Below are positions 19,490 to 25,058 of a stretch of DNA of 35,310 bases, piece after piece. Source of the DNA: a virus (lineage: Duplodnaviria; Caudoviricetes); IMG/VR virus record IMGVR_UViG_3300049594_000559, positions 1 to 35,310 of that record; one strand, 5' to 3'. Made by a program: the position numbers and the translations under genes. A model generated the notes under the pieces. That model made no database searches. It had not been told where the DNA came from and saw only the letters and a list, made by a program, of their open reading frames with translations. The stretch's first letter is position 1; every line of letters starts with the position of its first letter.

Positions 19490-20185
19490 ATGCAATTTCC
19501 AGCTTGCTACCAAGTTTATGGTCGCAATTTCTTCATCGAGCCTGCGAGCGCGCAATTCGCCAACGCAGTCTTCCAAGATGAGTATCAAATCAACGCTCTA
19601 AGGTCGCATCCCGTTCGATACATTCTCGATATTGGTGCCCACGTCGGTAGTTTCACGGTAATGTGCCATCAATTTTGGCCGGATGCAAAGATCGTAGCCG
19701 TTGAACCACACCCTGACAGTTTTGAACTGCTAGAACGCAACACTCAACACATTCCTAAAGACAAACTGACGCTCATCAATGCCGCCATTAGCAAAAAGAG
19801 CGGCAAATGCATTTTGGCATCCCCGGTCTCGCACAGTCGTGTCAGCGAATATGTGCCCACTATTTGGGATTCTATGGAGCCCAGGCCGAGCGACTTTGGT
19901 TTACAGGTGGATTCCATCACGCCCAAAGATCTGTGGCAACTCTTAGGTGACATCGGCATCAATGAGATCGATTTGTTAAAGCTCGACTGCGAAGGAGCTG
20001 AGTACCTGATCGTCTCCGAGTTATCAGCACTTGGGTTGATGGACCGCATCGGTTGGATCCGAGGCGAATGGCACAGTCGCAAAGATAATCAACTACTAGC
20101 CAATTTTCTGGGCCAGACGCATGTCTTCCATATCGATCCAAACTACCCGCACACTGTGGGGATGTTTGTGGCTCATCGGATCTAG
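19490..20185 (+). CDS. FkbM-family SAM-dependent methyltransferase
   Basis: Motifs ILDIGAHVGSF, AVEPHP and LLKLDCEGAEY. Confidence 0.92.
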   Translation: MQFPACYQVYGRNFFIEPASAQFANAVFQDEYQINALRSHPVRYILDIGAHVGSFTVMCHQFWPDAKIVAVEPHPDSFELLERNTQHIPKDKLTLINAAISKKSGKCILASPVSHSRVSEYVPTIWDSMEPRPSDFGLQVDSITPKDLWQLLGDIGINEIDLLKLDCEGAEYLIVSELSALGLMDRIGWIRGEWHSRKDNQLLANFLGQTHVFHIDPNYPHTVGMFVAHRI

Positions 20186-20467
20186 AAGCCGGCCTTTACC
20201 CAGCGACGGCGATCGCATTCCGTCATCGTGATACCACGGTTCGATAGGCTAATTCGAAAAGCAACACAAAAACATTTCATGCAGCGTGGATACTTTCCCG
20301 CTCGAAAGGCGTTTAACTCAATGTAAGTCTAAGTTCACGAAACTTTCTACGAACCAAGATTTTTTGCGAACCATCGCAGATCCAGAGCATCTATATATCT
20401 GTAGTCGCAACGAATCAAGTTGCGGACGATGTAACCTGAAAAGCAATCAATCACCGGAAACGGAACC

Positions 20468-20602
20468 ATGTCTTCCATACTCCCCAGTTACCAAAGGTCA
20501 ACAGAGACCAAACGATTTAATGGATACGAGAGTTGTATCGTGTCACAAGACGCGAATACGCTCGGCGGTGCCCATTTAGATCGGCATCCACATCGGAGGT
20601 AA
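20468..20602 (+). CDS. Candidate 44-aa leader peptide (MSSILPSYQR...DRHPHRR)
   Basis: ATG 20468 to TAA 20600-20602, preceded by purine-rich GGAAACGGAA; the stop codon lies inside the antiterminator strand. Confidence 0.55.
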   Translation: MSSILPSYQRSTETKRFNGYESCIVSQDANTLGGAHLDRHPHRR

Positions 20603-20663
20603 CACTGGGCTGTCTCAATATGGACAGTACTAACGAAACAACGTTGGCGAACCCGGTGTTACC
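20598..20663 (+). promoter_or_regulatory. Antiterminator helix of a candidate attenuator
   Basis: GGTAACACTGGG (20598-20609) pairs over 12 bp (one G-U) with CCCGGTGTTACC (20652-20663), the 5' arm of the terminator. Confidence 0.7.
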
Positions 20664-20687
20664 GCAAAAAGTGACACCGGGTTTTTT
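20650..20687 (+). terminator. Intrinsic terminator about 30 nt upstream of the first tRNA
   Basis: AACCCGGTGTTAC-loop-GTGACACCGGGTT stem running into a T6 tract. Confidence 0.85.
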
Positions 20688-20718
20688 CGTGCCTATTTCT
20701 AAGGAATTCCATACAAAC

Positions 20719-20790
20719 GGACTGGTAGCTGAGACGGTATAGCGGCGGTCTGAAGAACCGCAGAGGAGGGTTCGAGCACCTCCCAGTCCG
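20719..20790 (+). tRNA. trnF: tRNA-Phe(GAA)
   Basis: Acceptor GGACTGG/CCAGTCC; anticodon arm GCGGT-CTGAAGA-ACCGC; imperfect T stem. Confidence 0.8.
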
Positions 20791-20798
20791 CTGCTGCA

Positions 20799-20890
20799 AG
20801 CAGCAGAGCAGTAGACAAGAGAAAGTTGACTGTAGAGCGTTGGCAATGCGTCTACGGCGGTCTCTTTTCTAATCGCTACTCTCTGCTTTT
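20799..20890 (+). ncRNA. Unrecognised long hairpin RNA, copy 1
   Basis: AGCAGAG(C)AGTAG pairs with CTACTCTCTGCT leaving a bulged C; motif repeated at 21121. Confidence 0.5.
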
Positions 20891-20953
20891 GGGATCACAA
20901 AAGATCATATGAAAACAAGTGTGCTAGCGGTGCGCACCTACATAACCAACAAC

Positions 20954-21026
20954 GGCTCGTTCGACTTCTGGTGAGGTCACTGGTCTTTCAAGCCAGGCAG
21001 GTCGGGTTCAAATCCAACACGAGTCA
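20954..21026 (+). tRNA. trnE: tRNA-Glu(TTC)
   Basis: GGCTCGT/ACGAGTC; CTGGT-CTTTCAA-GCCAG; GGTTCAAATCC. Confidence 0.8.
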
Positions 21027-21041
21027 CTGACAAATACAAAT

Positions 21042-21109
21042 GGGCTTGCCGACGGGTCGGCGCTTTGACTTGCACTCAAGGCTTCAGGGTTCAACTCCCT
21101 GCAGGTCCA
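21042..21109 (+). tRNA. trnA: tRNA-Ala(TGC), shortened D arm
   Basis: GGGCTTG/CAGGTCC with G3:U70; loop CTTGCAC; T arm CAGGGTTCAACTCCCTG. Confidence 0.75.
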
Positions 21110-21120
21110 CTGGCGGCAAA

Positions 21121-21207
21121 GCCGCAGAGCAGTAGATACGGGAGAGTTGAAAGTAGAAGAGATGGCAAATTTTTCTGCCATCTGCTTTTTACCCACTACT
21201 CTCCGAC
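21121..21207 (+). ncRNA. Unrecognised long hairpin RNA, copy 2
   Basis: GCAGAGCAGTAGA...AGTTGA..GTAGA...TGGCAA...CTACTCTC shared with copy 1. Confidence 0.5.
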
Positions 21208-21211
21208 GATT

Positions 21212-21284
21212 CGGGCAGAGGTGCAGATGGGAGCACGCCTGCTTTGGGAGCAGGAGGATCTCGGTTCGACCCCGAGGTGCCCGA
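21212..21284 (+). tRNA. trnP: tRNA-Pro(TGG)
   Basis: CCTGC-TTTGGGA-GCAGG; CTCGGTTCGACCCCGAG. Confidence 0.85.
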
Positions 21285-21295
21285 CTTAACACGAT

Positions 21296-21367
21296 GGTAG
21301 TCGAGGGCTGGTTGTCCATACGCGGCTGATAACCGCGTCGCGCTGAGTTCGATTCTCAGGTCTACCA
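21296..21367 (+). tRNA. trnI: tRNA-Ile(GAT)
   Basis: CGCGG-CTGATAA-CCGCG; CTGAGTTCGATTCTCAG; atypical D arm. Confidence 0.8.
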
Positions 21368-21441
21368 CTGAACACCAATCCTTAAAGGAGAGCACGATGC
21401 AATTACATAGTCGCTTGAAACGCATAGCCATAACCAGTTAC

Positions 21442-21514
21442 GGGGTTGTGGTGTAGCAGGCAGCATGACGGACTTTTAATCCGTTCGGCGAGAGTTCGAT
21501 CCTCTCCGGCCCCA
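21442..21514 (+). tRNA. trnK: tRNA-Lys(TTT)
   Basis: ACGGA-CTTTTAA-TCCGT; GAGAGTTCGATCCTCTC. Confidence 0.9.
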
Positions 21515-21525
21515 CTCGCTTACCA

Positions 21526-21598
21526 CGGCGTGTAGCTCAGTGGTAAGAGCGGCGTCCTTATAAGACGTGAGTAGAAGGTTCGATTCCTTCCACGCCGA
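21526..21598 (+). tRNA. trnI: tRNA-Ile(TAT)
   Basis: Canonical cloverleaf: CGGCGTG/CACGCCG, TAGCTCAGTGGTAAGAGC, GCGTC-CTTATAA-GACGT. Confidence 0.9.
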
Positions 21599-21618
21599 CT
21601 TGGAAAGCAAACAGAAAT

Positions 21619-21691
21619 GGGATTGTGGCAGACAGGGTAATGCACCGGTCTCTTAAACCGGTCGATGTGGGTTCGATGCCCACCGATCCCA
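21619..21691 (+). tRNA. trnK: tRNA-Lys(CTT)
   Basis: CCGGT-CTCTTAA-ACCGG; GTGGGTTCGATGCCCAC. Confidence 0.9.
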
Positions 21692-21699
21692 CTGAATAA

Positions 21700-21770
21700 G
21701 CACTGATGGTCTAGTGGAATGACACCGCTTTCGTAAAGCGGCTGCGTGAGTTCGATTCTCACTCGGTGCT
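21700..21770 (+). tRNA. trnT: tRNA-Thr(CGT)
   Basis: GCACTGA/TCGGTGC; CCGCT-TTCGTAA-AGCGG. Confidence 0.9.
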
Positions 21771-21772
21771 CT

Positions 21773-21784
21773 TGATCTTTGACA
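21773..21784 (+). promoter_or_regulatory. boxA-like antitermination element
   Basis: TGATCTTTGACA matches the E. coli rrn boxA TGCTCTTTAACA at 10 of 12 positions; lies in a tRNA spacer. Confidence 0.55.
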
Positions 21785-21805
21785 ATTTGGTTGAGCCAAC
21801 AAAAG

Positions 21806-21876
21806 GCGTCCATGGTGTAGTGGTAACCCGTCTCCTTGCCAAGGAGGAATTGCGAGTTCGATTCTCGCTGGACGCT
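21806..21876 (+). tRNA. trnG: tRNA-Gly(GCC)
   Basis: GCGTCCA/TGGACGC, U73; TCTCC-TTGCCAA-GGAGG. Confidence 0.9.
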
Positions 21877-21886
21877 CTTCAATTAT

Positions 21887-21961
21887 CAGGGTGTGGGAAA
21901 GCCTGGCTACTCCGCGTGCTTCGGGAGCACGAGATCGTCGGTTCAAATCCGACCATCCTGA
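21887..21961 (+). tRNA. trnP: tRNA-Pro(CGG)
   Basis: CGTGC-TTCGGGA-GCACG; GTCGGTTCAAATCCGAC. Confidence 0.9.
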
Positions 21962-21977
21962 CTGTTAAGAAACATAT

Positions 21978-22052
21978 TCCGGTGGGTCCTGTGTTGGTAC
22001 GGGAAGGCGACTGTTAATCGCCCAGACGCAGGTTCGATTCCTGCTGCCGGAG
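21978..22052 (+). tRNA. trnN: tRNA-Asn(GTT)
   Basis: TCCGGTG/TGCCGGA, G73; GGCGA-CTGTTAA-TCGCC. Confidence 0.88.
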
Positions 22053-22064
22053 CTTTGGATACAT

Positions 22065-22149
22065 GGAAGGGCAAGCCGATGGGTGACGGCACTCCGTTCG
22101 AAGCGGAGCGAGCGTAAATGCCTTGCGAGTTCAACTCTCGCTCCTTCCG
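22065..22149 (+). tRNA. trnS: tRNA-Ser(CGA)
   Basis: CTCCG-TTCGAAG-CGGAG, long variable arm, G73. Confidence 0.88.
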
Positions 22150-22166
22150 CCTTGTGTTAGATAAAT

Positions 22167-22238
22167 GTGCCATTGGCCGAGCGGCAAAGGTCCTGGACTT
22201 CCAATCCGGTGAGGTCGGTTCGACTCCGACATGGCACT
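22167..22238 (+). tRNA. trnG: tRNA-Gly(TCC)
   Basis: GTGCCAT/ATGGCAC; CTGGA-CTTCCAA-TCCGG. Confidence 0.9.
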
Positions 22239-22258
22239 CTTTTTCTAGTTCGTAATTT

Positions 22259-22330
22259 ACAGGTGTGGGCCAATGGTAAGCCAGCTGCCTTTGAAGCAGT
22301 TAATTGGAGGTTCGAATCCTTCCGCCTGTG
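22259..22330 (+). tRNA. trnQ: tRNA-Gln(TTG)
   Basis: GCTGC-CTTTGAA-GCAGT; GGAGGTTCGAATCCTTC. Confidence 0.9.
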
Positions 22331-22350
22331 CTCTAGATGTAAGTCCATAC

Positions 22351-22425
22351 TCCGGAGTAGCAACTGTTGGTCGTTGCGTCTGGCTCTGAACCAGAAGCCC
22401 GCAGGTTCGATTCCTGCCTCCGGTG
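22351..22425 (+). tRNA. trnQ: tRNA-Gln(CTG)
   Basis: TCTGG-CTCTGAA-CCAGA; GCAGGTTCGATTCCTGC. Confidence 0.9.
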
Positions 22426-22439
22426 CTGAAATTTCAAAT

Positions 22440-22513
22440 GGTGGTCGTCCTGTATTGGTTCAGGAACTTGGCTGTGAACCAAGTCTATATCGGTTCAATT
22501 CCGTTCGATCACC
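22440..22513 (+). tRNA. trnH: tRNA-His(GTG)
   Basis: Encoded G-1 and C73; CTTGG-CTGTGAA-CCAAG. Confidence 0.85.
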
Positions 22514-22523
22514 CTCATGCATT

Positions 22524-22607
22524 GGAAGACATCCGGCCGGATGAGGACGCTGTCTTGAAAACAGCTGGCGCTAACAACGTTTCGGGGTTCGAGTCCCTGG
22601 TCTTCCG
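22524..22607 (+). tRNA. trnS: tRNA-Ser(TGA)
   Basis: GGAAGAC/GTCTTCC; GCTGT-CTTGAAA-ACAGC; long variable arm. Confidence 0.88.
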
Positions 22608-22624
22608 CTTTGAATGAAATAAAT

Positions 22625-22697
22625 AGTCCTGTGGCCCAGCGGCGAAGGCACCTGGTTTACATCCAGTTGATCGACGGTTCGAGTCCGTCCAGGACTA
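22625..22697 (+). tRNA. trnV: tRNA-Val(TAC)
   Basis: AGTCCTG/CAGGACT; CTGG-TTTACAT-CCAG. Confidence 0.88.
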
Positions 22698-22708
22698 CTC
22701 ATTGGAAT

Positions 22709-22779
22709 GGCGCTAATCCGCTTGGTGCGGGGCATGCCTGCAAAACATGCTCACTTGAGTTCGAATCTCACTAGCGCCT
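22709..22779 (+). tRNA. trnC: tRNA-Cys(GCA)
   Basis: GGCGCTA/TAGCGCC, U73; loop CTGCAAA; short D loop. Confidence 0.8.
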
Positions 22780-22790
22780 CTATCGTTAAT

Positions 22791-22865
22791 GGCCCATCGG
22801 TCCAGCCAGGAGTGGACGCTGCCCTGTCACGGCGGAGATCACCGGTTCAAATCCGGTATGGGTCG
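22791..22865 (+). tRNA. trnD: tRNA-Asp(GTC)
   Basis: CTGCC-CTGTCAC-GGCGG; ACCGGTTCAAATCCGGT; G73. Confidence 0.92.
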
Positions 22866-22877
22866 CTTGAATCAAAT

Positions 22878-22950
22878 GGTGTGGTACGCCAATGGCTGAG
22901 CGGCTTGTCTTAGAAGCAAGTGTTTGTGGGTTCGAATCCCACCCTCACCA
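22878..22950 (+). tRNA. trnL: tRNA-Leu(TAG), short variable loop
   Basis: CTTGT-CTTAGAA-GCAAG; 5-nt variable loop; A73. Confidence 0.85.
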
Positions 22951-22959
22951 CTTCTGTAT

Positions 22960-23033
22960 GACGTGGTACGCGAACTGGTACAGCGGCGAAGCTTAAACCT
23001 TCGCGATTGCGGGTTCAAATCCCGCCTGCGTCA
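22960..23033 (+). tRNA. trnL: tRNA-Leu(TAA), short variable loop
   Basis: CGAAG-CTTAAAC-CTTCG; 5-nt variable loop; A73. Confidence 0.85.
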
Positions 23034-23046
23034 CTTGAAAACTAAT

Positions 23047-23131
23047 GGGTCGATTGGACTTGGGAGTCCAAACTGTCTGTAAAACAGTCGCTCCTTGATG
23101 AGCAATGTAGGTTCGATTCCTTCTCGGCCCA
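23047..23131 (+). tRNA. trnY: tRNA-Tyr(GTA)
   Basis: ACTGT-CTGTAAA-ACAGT; long variable arm; GGGTCGA/TCGGCCC. Confidence 0.88.
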
Positions 23132-23148
23132 CTAATGCAAAAAATAAT

Positions 23149-23222
23149 GGCTCGGTGCGATATTGGTATTTGCAGTCAGCCCCCCAAGCCAGCGCTCGCC
23201 GGTTCGATTCCGGTCCGAGTCT
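23149..23222 (+). pseudogene. Degenerate tRNA-Gly(CCC)-like gene
   Basis: Acceptor GGCTCGG/CCGAGTC and T arm intact, U73; anticodon stem mismatched and loop CCCCCAA lacks U33. Confidence 0.6.
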
Positions 23223-23231
23223 CTCCTTATT

Positions 23232-23314
23232 CACGATGTGGTGGAACCGGTAGACACGCGACGCTCAGAACGTCGTGCCATCAAGGCGTAGGAGTTCGAC
23301 TCTCCTCTTCGTGA
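23232..23314 (+). tRNA. trnL: tRNA-Leu(CAG)
   Basis: TGGTGGAACCGGTAGACAC D arm; CGACG-CTCAGAA-CGTCG; long variable arm. Confidence 0.92.
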
Positions 23315-23323
23315 CTCTCTCAT

Positions 23324-23391
23324 TGCAGGCCAGTTGGTACTGAGCTGACTTTCATAAGGTCGGTAACCCGGTTCGATTCTGGGGCTTGCAA
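23324..23391 (+). tRNA. tRNA with CAT anticodon (Met or Ile2), shortened D arm
   Basis: TGCAGGC/GCTTGCA; loop TTCATAA; CCCGGTTCGATTCTGGG. Confidence 0.7.
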
Positions 23392-23394
23392 CAT

Positions 23395-23463
23395 TGCGGG
23401 TGAGCCAGCGTTCAACTGAGCCTCATAAGCTCGGACGGCCAGGTGCGACTCCTGGACCCGCCA
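23395..23463 (+). tRNA. trnM: tRNA-Met(CAT), initiator-like 1:72 mismatch, atypical D and T loops
   Basis: TGCGGGT/ACCCGCC; TGAGC-CTCATAA-GCTCG; T loop TGCGACT. Confidence 0.7.
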
Positions 23464-23474
23464 TTTCCTAAACT

Positions 23475-23550
23475 GGTTGAGTACGCAAACCGGAAAAGCG
23501 ACTTGGTCGAGAGCCAAGTGATTTTGCAGGTTCAAATCCTGTCTCAACCA
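23475..23550 (+). tRNA. trnL: tRNA-Leu(GAG), short variable loop, C33
   Basis: GGTTGAG/CTCAACC; CTTGG-TCGAGAG-CCAAG. Confidence 0.8.
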
Positions 23551-23561
23551 CCTTGTTTGAT

Positions 23562-23634
23562 GATCGCGTGGTCCAGCGGCTAAGACACCTGCATGACACG
23601 CAGGAAACCGAAGGTTCGATTCCTTCCGCGATCA
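23562..23634 (+). tRNA. trnV: tRNA-Val(GAC)
   Basis: GATCGCG/CGCGATC; CCTGC-ATGACAC-GCAGG. Confidence 0.9.
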
Positions 23635-23645
23635 CTAGTGGTAAT

Positions 23646-23716
23646 GGTTTGTAAGTGTTCCGGGAGCACGCGTTCTTGGTAAGAACGAAGATCGAGTTCG
23701 ATTCTCGAACGAACCT
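23646..23716 (+). tRNA. trnT: tRNA-Thr(GGT)
   Basis: CGTTC-TTGGTAA-GAACG; TCGAGTTCGATTCTCGA. Confidence 0.85.
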
Positions 23717-23727
23717 CTGTGTGAAAT

Positions 23728-23798
23728 GGGGTCATGGTCCAGCGGGAAGACATCGCCATGGCATGGCGAAAACCCGAGTTCGAATCTCGGTGATTCCA
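23728..23798 (+). tRNA. trnA: tRNA-Ala(GGC)
   Basis: GGGGTCA/TGATTCC with G3:U70; TCGCC-ATGGCAT-GGCGA. Confidence 0.9.
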
Positions 23799-23808
23799 CT
23801 TAGCATTT

Positions 23809-23893
23809 GGAAGGTAGCCAGATACGGTTTGCTGGGCTGCACTGCTAACGCAGTTCTCGTCATGAGATGAGGGTTCGACTCCCTTGCCTTCCG
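23809..23893 (+). tRNA. trnS: tRNA-Ser(GCT)
   Basis: Loop CTGCTAA; long variable arm; GGAAGGT/GCCTTCC, G73. Confidence 0.88.
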
Positions 23894-23927
23894 CTCCGTT
23901 GGCTCAACCGATTGGCAAGGACAACAT

Positions 23928-23999
23928 GGCTCGATGGTGAAGCGGACATCATCTCTCGCTTCTAACGAGAAGTTCCAGGTTCGATTCCTGGTCGAGCTA
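23928..23999 (+). tRNA. trnR: tRNA-Arg(TCT)
   Basis: TCTCG-CTTCTAA-CGAGA; CCAGGTTCGATTCCTGG. Confidence 0.9.
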
Positions 24000-24002
24000 C
24001 TG

Positions 24003-24157
24003 ACGATCGACTGCCGAGTTGGAGTACATGCTTAAGGAGCCGGATGTCGTGGGTTCGAATCCCACCGGCGCGACTTTGATGCAAATCAAAGCGCCGTAGC
24101 TCAGCCTGGATAGAGCGCCGAAAACCCTCTGACACATTACCTCGTCGATCGTTTTTT
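24003..24157 (+). ncRNA. yrlA: YrlA-like Y RNA 1 (permuted tRNA-mimic domain)
   Basis: Terminal stem ACGATCGAC/GTCGATCGT; internal order T arm, closed acceptor stem, D arm; U tail; Ro60 gene nearby. Confidence 0.85.
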
Positions 24158-24163
24158 CGTACA

Positions 24164-24272
24164 TCACTTGACTGCCGGTTCGGAGTACATGGTTTAGCTG
24201 GTTCGATTCCCGCCGGCCCGACTTGAAACATGGCGGGCCGATCTCTGGCCACAACCTCGTCAGGTGACTTTT
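24164..24272 (+). ncRNA. Y-RNA-like RNA 2 (T loop and acceptor-like stem, no D arm)
   Basis: GACTGCC-N5-GGAGTACAT...CCTCGTC core; TCACTTGAC/GTCAGGTGA closing stem. Confidence 0.75.
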
Positions 24273-24378
24273 GCAAATCACAGAATAACAACGAACGTCG
24301 CGGCAATTGTGACTGTCGTTTTATTAACCCACCAACAACCCCTTCGGATCTTCAAAAGGCAAACAGAATGGACTAAGC

Positions 24379-25020
24379 ATGAACACCATTGCAGCAACTC
24401 TCGACAACTACATGACGCCTGTCGCCTTGAGTCCGACGCTTCAGCGGCCAACGTTGGTGCTGAACCGTAACTGGCAGCCGATCAACGTGGCGACGGTTGC
24501 GCGTGCTTTGATCTTGCTCTGGAACGACTCGGCTAAGATCGTCGATCCAGCGGATTACCAGGTGTACGACTGGAGCGACTGGAGCCGATTGGCTCCGGAT
24601 CGCGATGAGCCGTTCATCCAATCGGTCCGTCAGCGCATTCGAATTCCGGAAGTCATTGCATTGACCAAGTTTGATGCTATGCCGACACAGACGGTTACCT
24701 TCAGCCGCCGAAACGTATTCAAGCGTGACAAGATGACCTGCCAATACTGTGGAAAGCAGCCTGGCAGCGAAGAACTCACGATTGACCACGTTGTACCTCG
24801 TGCTCAGGGTGGACTGTCGACCTGGACAAACTGCGTATTGGCTTGCATCGACTGCAATTCGCGAAAGGCCGACCGTACTCCAGCACAGGCACATATGAAG
24901 CTTCGCAAGGAGCCAGTGCGTCCAGCTTGGAAGCCAATCTACGCCGATCGAATGAATCGCGTGAAGAGTTGGTCCAAGTTCATTAGCGACTCGTACTGGA
25001 ATGTAGAGCTCGAAGATTGA
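24379..25020 (+). CDS. HNH endonuclease (McrA-like)
   Basis: FSRRNVFKRD..CQYCG, TIDHVVPRAQGG..W.NCVLAC..CN..K. Confidence 0.93.
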   Translation: MNTIAATLDNYMTPVALSPTLQRPTLVLNRNWQPINVATVARALILLWNDSAKIVDPADYQVYDWSDWSRLAPDRDEPFIQSVRQRIRIPEVIALTKFDAMPTQTVTFSRRNVFKRDKMTCQYCGKQPGSEELTIDHVVPRAQGGLSTWTNCVLACIDCNSRKADRTPAQAHMKLRKEPVRPAWKPIYADRMNRVKSWSKFISDSYWNVELED

Positions 25021-25058
25021 TAACCGCAGAAGCTCAGTTCGCTGGGCTTCTGCCATAT

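Larger units (their letters stand above)
1184..20185 (+). mobile_element. Prophage morphogenesis (packaging, head, tail) region, siphovirus-like
   Basis: Collinear, tightly packed terminase, portal, protease/capsid, head-tail, tail tube, chaperone and tape measure genes. No sheath gene recognised. The left boundary probably lies outside the window. Confidence 0.9.

Noticed and set aside
1184-20185. Gene transfer agent rather than prophage
   Set aside because: The lambda-type portal, 663-aa tape measure and adjacent recombinase modules fit a prophage better. It cannot be fully excluded without the left flank.
20186-20467. Large array-associated ncRNA (GOLLD/ROOL type) or a definable promoter
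   Set aside because: No spacer is long enough for these RNAs, and I could not identify convincing -35/-10 elements by eye.
24003-24157. Circularly permuted functional tRNA genes (also 25333-25459)
   Set aside because: There is no intact anticodon arm. The domain sits within a conserved closing stem shared with non-tRNA copies next to rsr, which fits YrlA better.
21008-24306. Numerous 60-125 aa ORFs across the tRNA array
   Set aside because: They overlap clear tRNA cloverleaves and show no protein motifs.
24318-24350. Possible sixth Y-like element (GACTGTCG...CAACAACCCCTTCG)
   Set aside because: Lacks GGAKTACAT and a closing stem; at most a remnant.
24273-25058. Group I intron carrying the HNH gene
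   Set aside because: No interrupted tRNA halves flank it, and the flanks are too short for a ribozyme core.
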